From: Anolis carolinensis
Lineage: Eukaryota
Direction: 5' to 3'
DNA: 64,000 nucleotides
Assembly: GCF_035594765.1 (NCBI RefSeq)
Contig: NW_026943825.1
Coordinates: 15,120,590 to 15,184,589, forward strand
Numbering within the stretch: the first letter of the stretch is position 1; every line of letters begins with the position of its first letter. Below are positions 1 through 12,796 of the stretch, one piece after another. Both the position numbers and the translations under genes were made by a program. A model generated the notes under the pieces. The model did no database searches. It had not been told where the DNA came from and saw nothing but the letters and a program-made list of their open reading frames with translations.

Positions 1-339
1 AAATCCCAGCCAGTTCACCAGCTGTTAGGATTTCTGGGAGTTGAAGGCCAAAACATTGAGGACCTACAGGTTAAGAACCACTGTTCTATGAGCAAGCAAA
101 TGAAGACTGGTATATAGCATATGTTCTGGATCTCCAAAACTAGAGCTGATGGAATGTTTGGAATCAGCTGGTCAAATATACCCAGAAACATCGCTAATAT
201 TTGAGACATCAAAATGGGTCTTGGCCAGTGTTATGGCTCCCAACATCTCCCACACTTACATATTTCAGCAATTGTTTTTCTATTTGTGAGCCCTATACCG
301 TATAGATAGCACTCCATATGTCCATACAGCTTAGAATAC

Positions 340-585
340 CACCCTTTGCTGCTGCTGCTCAGTTGTTTAGTCATCTCCGACTCTTGGTGACCTCATGGAC
401 CAGTCCACACCAGAGCTCCCTGTCGGCTGTCACCGCCGCCCAGTTCCTTCAACGTCAACCCAGTCCCTTCAAGGATACCGTCCATCCATCTCGCCCTTGG
501 TCGGCCTCTCTTCCTTTTTCCTTCCATTTTCCCCAGCATCGTGATCTTTTCCAAGCTTTCCTGTCTCCTCGTGATGTGGCCAAAA
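340..585 (-). mobile_element. RTE/BovB-type LINE 3' fragment
   Basis: Minus strand reads like the RTE 3' end (LGKxxxxRKRGRPRARWMD...gaggtcaccaagagtcggagatgactaaacaac); related copy on + at about 10735-10890. Confidence 0.65.
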
Positions 586-1754
586 TACCACCCTTTGCAG
601 TCCTTCTAAAAATGTCGCCAGAAGAAAATAGAAATATTTGACCATGCTATGGACATGCAACCCACTAAGACTAGATGGTCCTTGTGATTGGACCCGATTC
701 CCCCTTTGACTTCTTTCTACTCTAAGGGTCTATTATTCTTTTGAGAGCTCCAGTGGAAGAACTTGATCACTTCAGAGTTAATGCCAATGTCAGTGAAGAC
801 TTTCCAGGAAAAAGTATATAGACCAAGAGAACCTAAATTGGTGACTCTTCAAGAGGAATGTCTGTCTTTAGGTCTGCTTTGGTGCTGACATCTTCACTCA
901 ATTATGCACTTTTTTGTTAGTTTTAGTAAAGCAGGATTAGATCATGGCGCCTCATTTTGTTCCACAACCAGTCCAACCCGAATCTTGAGCCATGATGTTC
1001 TTTGACGCTACATCAGCAAGTCCAATATTCCAAGTGTTTGACCAGGAAGTGTTGAACAACAGAGGTGTGGACAGGAGTGGAAGATACAACCTGGAAGACA
1101 GTATTCCCAAAGATGATGCATCTACTTCCATTTCCTCTAATTACGAATTGGCTGGGTCTTTATGTACTTAAGAAATAAATTAATTAGTCCATAATTTTAG
1201 CCATAATTGTAGCCATCATCATACAATGTTTGAACTTGTCTCCTGTCCTGAAGACTGGAAACGTCTGTGGAGACTCCCAGCTTGAGTAGACCCACTGAAT
1301 CATGTTTTAAGATGAGTCAGTTCGTAGGTCCAGTGGCTCTACATCAACTGAGACTAACAATAGTCCCAACTTAAGTAGAGCCACTAGACTTATTGGATTG
1401 AGACCTAACAATAGGATTTGAGCCTTTGAAATGTGTCATTCCTGTGTATGAGAACAAAATAAGAATTGGATGAACTCGAAACCGACATAATCGAGATACG
1501 GTTCCATTAAACTTTGGTGGAATTAGGCTTACTTTTTCCACCTCTCTCACCACAATCATCCATGGTCTCCATACCTTCAACAAGAGGGTCCTCAGCTGTC
1601 CAAAGAAGCTTTGTAGATGGTAGTGGAACATCAAGAGGAAGTCGTTCTCCAATTTTGGAAGTAGAGTCAACTGGTTGCTTCCATGAGGTGATGGGTCTGC
1701 CTGGATTTTGTCCAAGCTGTAAAAGAGCCAACAGAAATGTTTAACCCCCTTTGG

Positions 1755-2320
1755 GAATCATCGAGTTGGAAGGAACGGCAAGGACCAGCTAGTCCAACCC
1801 CCTTGGATTCAAGAACTACACAAGTAACAGTATATCACTTCCAGAAATGGCCACTAACCTCTGTTGGAAGGTCTCTGTTGGAAGCCCACCACCCTCCAAG
1901 GCAGTCCATTTCATGGTCGAACATAAGGTTCTTCCTGGTGGAATCTTTTTCCTTGTAACTTGAAAGAGAGTCCACCACCATCCAAGGCAGTCCATTTCAT
2001 GGTCGAACATAGTTTTTCCTGTAGAATCTTTTTCCTTGTAACTTGAATCCCTTTAATCATGTTCTAGTCTCTGGAGCAGCAGAAGACATGCTCCATCCTC
2101 CACATGACAACCCTTCCAATGTTTAAATGGCTATCATATCAGCTCTCAATCTCTCCAAATCAAATATACTCCAGACTTCTTGTCCAACGAGTTGCCCTCC
2201 TCCAAACGTGTTCCAGTTTGTGAATATCTTTATCAAATACTGAAGCCCACAATTGGACACAATACCATTGACCTATCAGGGCATTTAGTGTTACCTTGGG
2301 ATCTGCATGGTTACTTCTGC
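1755..2320 (-). mobile_element. CR1 LINE 3' fragment
   Basis: YCVQLWASVFDKDIHKLEHVWRRATR motif and CR1-like 3' UTR; internal duplication of about 80 bp. Confidence 0.7.
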
Positions 2321-2332
2321 ATTTATCTAACT

Positions 2333-3050
2333 CAGTGGCTCCCAACCTGGGGTCTGCACACCACCAGTGGTCCACAGGAACGAAAATATGGTCCGTGGTC
2401 TCACTGTTACTACACCGTTGCCTCTAAAAGGGTTACGAATCAGTTTTTGGTCAACTTTAGATTTGGTTTCTTTATTTTGGGTGCTGATTCAGAAAATTGC
2501 ATTGGATAGACCACATCAACCTGACCAGGGATCACTTTGATCAGGGACCACTTGACAAGGGACCACACTCCAACATTAGTACCAAAGGGTTATAAATCAG
2601 TCTTTGGTCAACTTTAGACTCGGTTTAGTTATTTTGGGGTGCTTATATATGGTTTTCTGTGGGCAAGCAGATGGTTACTACTGGATGGCATATGTTCTGT
2701 GTCAAAAACAAGAGCTGATGTGGTCTATCCAATGCAATTTTCTGAATCAGCATCCCAAATAACCAAACCAAATCTAAAGTTGACCAAAGACAGATTCATA
2801 ACACTTTTGTTACTAATATTGGAGTGTGGTCCCTGCTCAAAGCAGTCCCTACTCAAGTGGCCCCTTCACCAGGGACCACTTGACCAGGAACCACTTTTAG
2901 TACCAAAAGGGTTACAAATCAGTTTTTGCTCAACTTTAGATTCGGTTTGGTTATCTGGGGTGCTGATTGGGAAAATTGCATTGGATAGACCACATCAGCT
3001 CTAGTTTCTGATACAGAACAGATGCCATCCGGTAGTGACCAACTGCTCAC
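2333..3050 (+). mobile_element. Non-autonomous hAT-like DNA transposon, rearranged copy
   Basis: Starts with terminal motif cagtggctcccaacc; shares internal blocks and caagtggtccctggt repeats with copies at 4488-4960, 6917-7321, 11476-11883, 14600-15699 and 44127-44836. Confidence 0.65.
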
Positions 3051-3952
3051 CCTATAGTTGTCAGGATGTGAAAGCCCAGCACTCATAACAGCTGAACTCT
3101 CCACATCCCATCAGAGCAATGGGGGGTGGGAGATAATCTAATTGATAAGAGCCATCTGGCCAGGAGGATGGGTTTTATGGCCTGTTCTGGTTTTTCAAGC
3201 CTGGGAAAGGACTACATAACAGATATGTGTGAATATGAAAAGGGTAGGAGGTTGATATACTTGGAGTTTGGCGGGAATACGTTAGTTCTAGCTACGTTTT
3301 CAACTTGTAAAGAAGGTCTTCAATAAAGCATTTCCACGGAACTGCCTGTGTGAGCCTGCTTTGAGTCCTATAGCTTTCAAGAGCTGACAATAGTGCTTCG
3401 GCACTATAAGATGGTTTTGTGAGACCAGTCACTCTCATTGCAACAGTATAGTAACGGTGAGGACGTGGACCATATTTAGTTCTTGCGGACCACTGGCAGT
3501 CCACAGACCACAGGTTGGGAACCATTGATTTACTTCATTTATATCCCGCTCTTCTCACCCCTTGGAGGACTCAGAGCGACGTTAACTCTGAACGACTGGT
3601 ATATTTTTCCCGGGAGTCTCCCGTTATCGTCTCGTGGGTTTTTCGTCTCAGGAACATGTTGAGTAAGTACATTCCATTTCTTCTGTTAAAGAAACAAGGG
3701 GGGAGATCAGACAGATAATGTCCACAATATTACTCTTTTGTTGAATCTCTAGGTGGAGTTGTTGCTGAGTATGTTAATATTCTAGCCTCAAAGCAAACCT
3801 TGCTAGCCAAATGGAAATAAGGCTTAGCCCTATGACAGATGCCACATGAATAGGCTTAGATTGCACAAGGACCAGGGAGGGCGTTCCCTAAATGTTTTGA
3901 GGCATGTGCATCATAGGCTTTTTTCTATGCAAACATCCACTTTCGGGTGGCA

Positions 3953-4037
3953 TATAAATCACTCCTCATCTCCCCAGGCTCCTCACTCCGCTTTGCTGCA
4001 ACGCACCGTGTTCAGTCTTGATTCTGCCTTCCTTGTG
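3953..4037 (+). promoter_or_regulatory. TATA box and non-coding exon 1 of the Pro/Cys/Gln-rich EDC gene
   Basis: TATAAA at 3953-3958, pyrimidine-rich initiator-like stretch about 3982-3990, strong donor GTG|gtaagt at 4037/4038. This is the usual layout of simple EDC (SEDC) genes. Confidence 0.75.
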
Positions 4038-4487
4038 GTAAGTAGACTTTGGTATTTTCCTAATTTGTCACAAAATTGAAATGGGGTTCGTTTTTTCCCC
4101 CCTCGATCAAGTGGGGTCTTGGAGAGATCCCCGAGGAGCAGGTTATCCAAAATATACCATATTGGATGCTCAAGACAGAGTTTAATATTTTCTTGTGAAG
4201 CTTTAGAATGGGTTCCAGAAATGCAATCTTGGGGGTGGGGGCATTATTATTATTTTGGGAATGTTCTTTTGAAACCATCCAGTCTGAATCCTTTGGCCAA
4301 ATCCTAGTTCAACCCATTGGATCAATCGTTGAATAGTTGGCCAACACATGGGAAAATTCAGTTGATCCATTGACCCTGGTTGGGGGTAATAATAGGATCC
4401 AAATTCTCACTCTTCCTTAGAGAGATAGTGAAAGAGAAGAAAATAGATGATGGATAGATAGCTACAGAAATATAAATGGAGACAGAG

Positions 4488-4962
4488 CAGTGGTTCCCAA
4501 ACCAGAGGTCCACAAGAAGTAAAATATGGTCCTCACTGTTACTGGACCGTTTCAACGAGAACAACTGGTGTCGCGTAACCGTCTTATGGTTCTGTGGCTT
4601 AATAAATTTGGTTTTCTGTGGGCAAGCAGAAGGCGACTACTGGATGACATATGTTTTGTATCAGAAACTAGAGCTGATGTGGTCTATCCAATGCAATTTT
4701 CTAAATCAGCGCCCCAAATAACCAAACTGGATCTAAAGTTGACCAAAATTTGATTTGTAATGTTTTTGGTACTAAAAGTGGTTCCTGGTCAAAGTGGTCC
4801 CAGGTCAAAGTGGTCCCTGGTCTAAGTGGTTCCTGGTCAAAGTGGTCCCTGGTCAAGTGGTCTCTGGTTAAAGTGGTCCCTTGTCAAGTGGTCCCTGGTC
4901 AAACTGGTCTCTGGTTAAAGTTGTTCCTGGTCAAGTAGTCCCTGGTCAAGGTGGTCTCTGTT
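4488..4962 (+). mobile_element. hAT-like non-autonomous element with (caagtggtccctggt)n array, in intron 1 of the EDC gene
   Basis: Terminal motif cagtggttcccaaacc; 15-16 bp tandem array at 4778-4962. Confidence 0.65.
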
Positions 4963-5446
4963 CAAAATGCTTAGCCCTGCATTCTGGGAAATGTAGTTTA
5001 GGGCAGGGCCTTTTGCATTCTCTGCCGCAGGGGGCCTTGCCTTCCCAAACTACATTTCCAAGATTTCTATGTTCTCCATCTCCCGCCCATTAACATTCCT
5101 AGTCCCGCCCCCAGTGCCTTCCTTATGGCGATCGGGCCAATGAAAAAGGATTGGTTTTTGAAACACTTGATGTTCTCTTGATTTTACCAAAGTTATCTTT
5201 TACTATGCTCTTATTTTAATTGTGTTTTTTTTAATAGATTGTTTTGCTTTTATGTTTTGTGGGCATTTTGACACATATGTAAGCTGCCCTGAGTCCCTTC
5301 GGGGAGATGGTGGTGGACTATAAGAATGTATTTATGGAGCCCCAAGGTCTCCATGGAGCACACTTTGAGAACCGTTGCCATCAACTGATAGAGAGATTGA
5401 CTGTGTTCTCTTCGTTGTCTTCTAGGTGTCTCTAAATCTTCAGAAG

Positions 5447-5932
5447 ATGTCCTCTGATAGCTTCCAGTGCACGCAACCTTGCAAGGCACCTCCCCAGTGC
5501 AAGAAAACTGTCCCTCCCCCTCAGGAGTGCTGTCCACCTCCCCAGAAGTGCTGTCCACCTCCACAGGAGTGTTGTCCACCTCCTCAGAAATGTTGTCCTC
5601 CTCCTCCACAGAAATGCTGTCCTCCTCCTCAGGAGTGCTGTCCTCCTCCTCCTCAGAAATGTTGTCCACCACCTCCTCAGAAATGTTGTCCACCACCTCC
5701 TCAACAATGTTGTCCACCTCCTCCTCAGCAATGTTGTCCACCTCCTCCTCAGCAATGTTGTCCACCTCCTCCTCAACAATGTTGTCCACCTCCTCCTCAG
5801 CAATGTTGTCCACCACCTCAGGAGTGTTGCCCACCCCCCCAGAAATGCTGTCCACCTCCTGAGCAATGCTGCATACCCCAATGCCCACCTCCTCAGCAGT
5901 GCTGTCCACCTCAGAATCCCAAAGGCTTCTGA
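5447..5932 (+). CDS. Single-coding-exon epidermal differentiation protein rich in Pro, Cys and Gln (EDPQ/SPRR-like SEDC protein), 161 aa
   Basis: Acceptor ttcgttgtcttctag|G at 5425/5426, ATG at 5447. Protein MSSDSFQCTQPCKAPPQCKK followed by about 17 PPP(P)Q[K/Q/E]CC repeats, ending PQNPKGF*. Lies next to EDKM, where lizard EDPQ genes are recalled to sit; exact paralog number not assigned. Confidence 0.9.
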   Translation: MSSDSFQCTQPCKAPPQCKKTVPPPQECCPPPQKCCPPPQECCPPPQKCCPPPPQKCCPPPQECCPPPPQKCCPPPPQKCCPPPPQQCCPPPPQQCCPPPPQQCCPPPPQQCCPPPPQQCCPPPQECCPPPQKCCPPPEQCCIPQCPPPQQCCPPQNPKGF

Positions 5933-6916
5933 GAGACCACTGGAAACCATTTCCTCGAGGGCCTACGACAAGGAGAAGAACACACAATTGATGCTGAAAT
6001 GTACCTTCGATGACCCACCTTGGTGGACATCCATGCAGATGTGGGCATTATTACAACCGCTTCTTGCTGCCTCTTCATCTTCCCACCTTCTCTAATGCTT
6101 GCGACAATGAAGACAGAATCCAGAAATTGACGCATCCAAGTGACGGTGGATCTGCTTCCAGGCAGTCTTGTTCCGTTGACATCAACAGATGCTCTGCTTT
6201 TGCTTTGCAAGCCTTTACCTTGGAGTAAACATTCACCTTTGGTTGTCCTTTGTGATAGGTGAATGTTATCAAACGGCATACCTGTAAAGTCTATCCCTGC
6301 AAAGAGCTTCCTCTTATAATGCTCCAAGTTCTAACTATATGTATATGGTATGAATATATAAAAACAATGCCTGCTCGATGATCATTCTGTTGTCTAAGTG
6401 TTGTTCTTCTTTAAGTATTTCTCCCATTTGGGACCCAAAGCAGCTGTGGTTGTCATCCCATTGAGCAATTACATATCCATATCCTGGTATTCATGTTTAC
6501 AATTGCGGCACAATTGCCACAGTCGCAAAGGCATCAATCTACCTTAATGTAAGTATTATCGTTCAATGAATAGTCTCCCTTTTTTCCAACGAACTTTATT
6601 GCTAGTACACAGAAGGGATGCTGGAAGGTTCTACATGATTATGTTTTACATTGCAGGTCAATTGTACCCGGGATCATAAATCACACACATCTCAACTCAG
6701 TAAGAGAAAGGGCTTTCTTCTCCTTCCAAGATCATGGGACAATCACCATTTTATGGTTTCCTGATTATACTTTGAGGGTTCCTGACTTATGACCTTCTCA
6801 CATTCACTACATATCCACATTTGTCTGCCCAATGACATGTCCAAAGGATTATTTTTGTAGTTGTAACACTTAGCAATCACCAGAGAGATGTTTGATGGAG
6901 GTGTCTTCTACTAGCA

Positions 6917-7321
6917 CAATGATTCCCAACCTGTGGTCCATGGACCACCAGTGGTCCACAAGAACAAAAATATAGTCTGTGGCATCACTGTTACTACTAC
7001 GGATAATAACACAGTCCAACCCAAAAATAATTCTTGGTGTCTTCATTTTTAGGCCTGTTCAGAAAATTGTCTTGGATAGACCACATCAGCTCTAGATTAT
7101 TAAATATGGTTTTCTGTGGGCAACTTCTGGATGGCATATGTTCTGTATCGGAAACTAGAGCTGATGTAATCTATCCAAGGCAATTTTCTGAATCAGCACC
7201 CCAGATAACCAAACTGAATCTAAAGTTGACCAAAAACTGATTCTTAACCCTTTTAGCACTAATGTTGGAGATTGGTCCCTGGTCAAGTGATCCCTGGTCA
7301 AAAAAAGGTTGGGAATTACTG
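6917..7321 (+). mobile_element. hAT-like non-autonomous element, 8-bp TSD TACTAGCA
   Basis: TIRs caatgattcccaacc / ggttgggaattactg; TSD at 6909-6916 and 7322-7329. Confidence 0.8.
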
Positions 7322-7367
7322 TACTAGCAGGATGATGTCTCCATATCATCCCATCAGTGATCATGAC

Positions 7368-7656
7368 CAGAGCCGGCCCTAGGTATTATTCAAGTGTAAG
7401 CGAACAGAATTTTGGCGCCCCCGCCCCCCAACCAATCACTGAAAAATAAAAGCATTGGATAAGCGAAAATGTTGGATAATAAGAAGGGATTAAGGGAAAG
7501 CTTATTAGACATCAAATTACATTAAGATTTTACAAATTAAGCACCAAAACATCATGTTTTACAAGAAATCAACAGAAAAAGCAGTCTCGACTGCGCCCCC
7601 GTATGTTTTGCGCCCCAAGCGACCGCTTAATTCGCCTCATTGTTGGACTGGCTCTG
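7368..7656 (+). mobile_element. hAT-like MITE, second family (cagagccggccc termini)
   Basis: Near-perfect 8-bp TSD atcatgac/atcataac; same family at about 39257-39606 (-) and 43238-43553. Confidence 0.75.
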
Positions 7657-8154
7657 ATCATAACACAACACTGACAAGAACAATGGATCCAAATTGGATT
7701 TGATCATATGGGAAATATGTTTCCTCTAGAAATCTCTACATCCTCCAGCACTTTTGCCAGAAGTTCGTCTTCTATTTGTTGTAAGAAAAGCTTTGTTAGA
7801 TCAGTGGTTTGGAGTGTGGAGTGCCTCCATGTAGATAGACACAACACTGCAAATAGAAATGGTTGTTTCATGTGTATTTCCCATTCACCAGTAAAACCCA
7901 TTATGTTCAATGAAAAGATTATGATCTCTATAAATTAAATATCAGCTTGGAGGAGGGTGGAACTGATGTCTCCATCTTGAAAATGCATATGCATATGAAT
8001 GCATTTGTTTCTGCATTTTATTCATGTCTATTTACAAATTTTTACATACAGCTTGTGCACACATTAAAAAGCACATTCAAATCGGTGTACATCAACATGC
8101 CATAAAAATACACAACACACAAAATGCAAATGTGGGGAGAGGCGATATCCTTAT

Positions 8155-8970
8155 CCTTTTTTTGTAATAATTTTTATTAGAAGTTTTCAAGCTACTTATA
8201 CATCGAAAGAGGGGGAACAATATTTATAGGAAAGTTAAGAAAAATAGAAAGAGAGACAAAACAAAAAATTAATAATAATAATAATAATAATAATAAAAGT
8301 CCTAGAGAAAAAGAAAAAAAGTTTTTTGAACTTCCGTTTAACTCTTGTTCCTGTTCAATTTTCTTTTATTCTACTTCTTTTTAATTCTCTCCCGTTTGCT
8401 TAAAAAGAAATTTTTTCCCCTACTATTCTTTAAGGATTGTACTTTAAATTCATATACTCTTCAAATATCGACCAGACAGTCTTCTTTATGCCCTTGCCAG
8501 TATTTCTCTTCAGATAGTATGTTAGCTGGTCCATATCTTTTATCTCCCATACTTTTTTTAACCAATCTTCTCTATCTGGTATCTTCTCCATCTTCCACAT
8601 CTTTGCAAAGACCATCCTTGCTACCGTTGACAAGAATATAACTAGTTTTTCTTTATTGATATCCTGAAAAATGTCTTTATCCAGAATGCCCAAAAGGTAA
8701 GTCTCTGATTTCATTGAATAGTTCATCTTTAAAATTTTCTGACTTTCACCATGCACCATATTCCAGAATTCTTTTGCTTTATTACAAGTCCACCAACAAT
8801 GGTAAAATGTGCCCTCCTTGATCTTACATTTCCAACATTTATTGTTGGCTTGTTTGTACATTACACTTAGGTTTTGGGGGGTCAAATACCATTTATGTAT
8901 CATTTTTAGACAGTTTTCTTTTAGATCCATGGCATAAGTAAACTTCATTCTTCTTGTCCAAATCTCCCTT
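8155..8970 (-). mobile_element. L1 LINE 3' fragment (ORF2 C-terminus)
   Basis: KMIHKWYLTP...CWKCKIKEGTFYHCWWTC CCHC knuckle followed by an A-rich tail. Confidence 0.85.
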
Positions 8971-9049
8971 ATCCTGATTCATCAAAATCATGTGATGGTT
9001 ATTGCCGTATAGTCAATGGTGTTTTCCTATAAAGGAAATTATGAATAAT

Positions 9050-9278
9050 GTGTTGTCGAAGGCTTTCATGGCCAGAATCACAGTGTTGTTGTGTGTTTTC
9101 CAGGCTCCAACAGACAAGAGTTCTTTCCCCCATCCTGGACCTTCCACAGATATATAAACCTTCCTTGCTTGGTTTCTCCATGCCTCACAACCTCTGAGGA
9201 TGCCTACCATAGATGTGGGCGAAACATCAGAAGAGAATATTTCTGGAACATGGCCATACAGCCCGGAAAACACACAAC
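9050..9278 (+). mobile_element. Penelope-like element terminal fragment
   Basis: ctctgaggatgcct...gggcgaaac...catggccatacagcccggaaaac block and ttgtcgaaggctttcatggcc end. Other copies at about 17440-17615 (+), 38995-39140 and 52440-52545 (-). Confidence 0.65.
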
Positions 9279-9905
9279 TATTGTGGCAATCTCTGAGCAG
9301 TTAGACTCAATTTAACCCTCTCTGGGGGAGATTCCACCAAAAATCAGCAGAGCAGCAAAAGCAAAGCTTTGAAATTCAGCAGTTACTTACACGGGGTGAG
9401 CAAGAGAAGCCTTTGACTATTTAGGATTGCAATGGACTGCAGAGTCTCAGTAAAAGTTCAAAAAGTATTTATTCAGGAAAAAAGAACTCCATTGTAGATA
9501 GAAAGGCTTGGGAGCTGTCTAGTCTACTCTAGACTGGTTTCTAAGGAAAAATAAGAAAGGAAAAATAACAAACATCTAAATAGTTACATCTTGCCAGGAG
9601 GGATGGCGAGACGTGTTGTTAGCTAGAAGAACAAAGGGAGAAGAGACTGAACCAAAATGGTTCCAACCTCATGGTTCAGTTTATTGGGGCCATAAAAGAA
9701 ATTCTGACCAATGGGAAGTTAGTGTCCCTAAAGATTCACATTTCTACTAACTTCAAAGTAAGGGATGTGACGTACACAGGATAGAGTGAAACACAGTAAA
9801 GCCTGTCTAGGCATGCTTTGGAAACAGGGAAAGGATTCCCTCAATCTAACTCTATCATCTATCTGACTACATTTAGACTTGAGTAGTCCAGGGTGATTCC
9901 CAACA
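9279..9905 (-). mobile_element. Probable solo LTR inserted in a Penelope fragment
   Basis: Flanked by 5-bp direct repeat ACAAC (9274-9278, 9906-9910); imperfect inverted termini (tattgtggcaatc ... gattcccaaca); AATAAA on - at 9473-9468. Confidence 0.5.
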
Positions 9906-11475
9906 ACAACAATCCTGAAATTATGAATCCCATGAGGATTGGAATTCATCTTCCATGTTTAGTGGGGCAAGACCAAGGGGAACACGAGTATGGCCACCCA
10001 CACCCTGGCCTCTGCCCTCATAAAGCCAGTCTCCAAACGCAGGGTGGCATTAGAGAGGTCTCTATGTCATCTACTTTTCTGATTTGTGGTGGCTATTGGA
10101 GATCTTCATCCACCAGCAGAAGACACCTTCCTTCAACCAGAGATGCAATTCTTCACTAATGGAAGCAATTTTAACCATCTTTTTTCACCTTTCCAAGATA
10201 GTATTCAAAATGCGAAAATTCGCATTTTGGGATTTATTCTGCACAAAATTCACAAAATATTTTCAGTGCAAAAAAAAATAAAACCCAGTTCATATCTTCT
10301 TCTGTACAAAATTCACTTTCCACAAAGGACATTGTTTTCAAAACAGGAAACAGCTGGTTTTATTCTCAAAGAAAGCGATGAGTAATTTTAAGCATTTTCT
10401 ACCTGTTCCAAGATGGTCTTTGAAATGTGAAATGTGAAAAATCACAGATTGGGATTTCTTCTGCACAAAATTCGTTTTGCATTTAAAAAAACACATTCTT
10501 TTCAGAAAATAGCTAATTTTATTCTCGGAGCAAGTGATGAGTTATTTTCTTCGTGCTTATTTGTTTTATTTGTTTTATTTACAGTATTTATATTCCGCCC
10601 TTTCTTCTCACCCCAAAGGGGACTCAGGGTGGATCACAGAATATACATATGCGGCAAACATTCAATGTCATTTTATACACAGAGAAGATAGACAACTGAA
10701 CATAGATAAAGGATATAGGGTTTTTCCCCATCTTCAGGAAGAGCAAGATGGATGGACGGTATCCTTGAAGTGGCTGGCTTGACCATGAAGGAGCTGGGAG
10801 TGGCGATGCCCAACAGGAAGCTCTGGTGTGGACTGGTCCATGAGGTTATGAAGAGTCAGAAGTGACTGAACGAATAAACAACAACAACCCCATCGACTTT
10901 CTTGGAGGCTTTCTTGCTCGATTCCGGCCACTGGGGGTGCTGTTGCTCCATCTACCTTCATAATTTCCTCCTTTTTTATTGGCTGGCATTTACTTTTATG
11001 AGTGCCTTAATACCTCCCCACTTTTTAAGCAATGCCTATTTATCTACTCACATTTTGCTTTCAACCCACTAGGTAGGTGGAAGCTGGGCTAAAAGTCAGG
11101 AGCTCACCCTGACCCAGACTTCAAACTGTCAACCTCTTGACTGACATGATTTTATTGCAGCTGATGATTTAACCAGCTGCACTAAAGCCTGGCTTAATGA
11201 AGTCTTTTATTGCTACCCAGTTTCTATTTACTAAGGGCTTATTCTACATGATATTCTGGATCTGGGTCCTTCAGATATGTTGCACTTTAACTCCCACCCA
11301 CCATTCTAGAATCTAAAGTCCAAAGTATCTGAAGGAGAGAAGCTCTTACAGCCATATAAAGAGACTGGGTTGTTTGTTTGTTTTTCATTTGGATGGGCTT
11401 GATCTAGATAGAGGTGGGTTTTATTCTGACCATAAAAATGGAGAAAAATAAGAGAAGGGGTGGATTCATCTACAC

Positions 11476-11883
11476 CCGTGATTCCCAACTCTTTTTTGAC
11501 CAGGGACCACTCGCCAACATTAGTACCAAAAGGATTACGAATCTGTTTTTGGTCAACTTTAGATTCAGTTTGTTTATTTGGGGTGCTGATTCAGAAAACT
11601 GCATTGGATAGACCACATCAGCTTTAATTTCTGATACAGAACATATGCCATCCAGTAGTCACCATCTGCTCACCCACAGAAAACCATATTTAATAATCTC
11701 GAGCAGATGTGGTCTATCCAATGCAATTTTCTGAATCAGCACCCCAGATAACCCCAGGAACAGGCCTGAAACCAAAGACACCAAGAGAAAATATTATCTG
11801 TAGTAGTAACGGTGAGGCCATGGACCATATTTCAGTTCTTGCAGACCACTAGTGGTCCATAGACCACAGGTTGGAAACTGCTG
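11476..11883 (-). mobile_element. hAT-like non-autonomous element, 8-bp TSD ATCTACAC
   Basis: TSD at 11468-11475 and 11884-11891; family TIRs. Confidence 0.8.
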
Positions 11884-12003
11884 ATCTACACTGTAAAATG
11901 AATGCTGTTTGACACCACTTGAACTCAGTGCTATGGAATCCGAACTACAATCCCCAGGATTCCATAACATGTAGCCATGGAGATTTAGTGGTGTTAAGCA
12001 GCA

Positions 12004-12555
12004 TTTATTCTGCAGACCGGTCATCTATTGCCACCTTCACCAACCTTCACAAACCAGATCTTTGGGTTTGTGTAACATTTACTTTTACCATATGGGTTGA
12101 GCTTCCTAACCCATGAGTTCAATGGCAACACTATACAACTGATGTAGAAGTTGACATGTGACCAAATGGACAGGCAATATGGTTGCACTTGTATTTTCAA
12201 CAATACCACAAATACAATTTTCACTCTGTTTATCTAAATTAGATAAAAGTGTCTCTGACTTCGGACGCACCATACAATGTGTAAGGCACTTGCAGGATTC
12301 AATCCCTGAGCTCTCATAAACCCTACAATCTCAACCTGATAAGGTTTCAGACTAAATAAAAACCACATACACAGTCCTTTTTTCACAATTGCTAAGTCCC
12401 CCCCCCCCCCCCAGGGAGGAAAAAAAATCATAATTCCTTCTGATAGAAAACACCTCCTTCCCAACTTCCAAAAATGCATGGATTCTTGAGCCTGTTTTGT
12501 TTCATCGACTGTTGGGGAAGATGTGTCTATACATTCTTCAGTGCAAGTTGGAGAC
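12004..12555 (-). other. EDKM: Putative non-coding last exon (3' UTR) of EDKM
   Basis: Donor GAAG|gtaata at 14381/14380 downstream of the stop, strong acceptor ccttttgttcttttttatag|G at 12556/12555, AATAAA on - at 12009-12004. Confidence 0.5.
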
Positions 12556-12796
12556 CTATAAAAAAGAACAAAAGGCATGATTCACAATTCACTGGAAAAA
12601 AATGTTCATCCCAGCAGAAAGCTGCACTGTAAACTCTGCCCAGAAAGGTTGTTGTTGCACATAGTTCAATGAGGTCTTCCATTCAGTGTCACCATGAAGC
12701 CGACTTGATGCTACTTGACAAGAACCAACATCAATATGTTGCAATAAAGGAGTTGTGTGCTAGTTGTAACAATCTGATTGTATTTCTTATGAACAA

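Noticed and set aside
992-1171. 59-aa plus-strand ORF MMFFDATSASP...
   Set aside because: No EDC-like composition, no recognisable homology and no supporting promoter or splice structure.
5250-5987. 245-aa acidic EEVD-repeat ORF on -, and the other frames over the EDC gene
   Set aside because: Shadow frames of the Pro/Cys repeat; TATA, exon 1, acceptor and ATG all support the + frame.
7704-7910. Minus-strand ORF considered as the second EDKM coding exon
   Set aside because: The 14515-14414 exon has a better acceptor and K/M-rich content, and is nearer.
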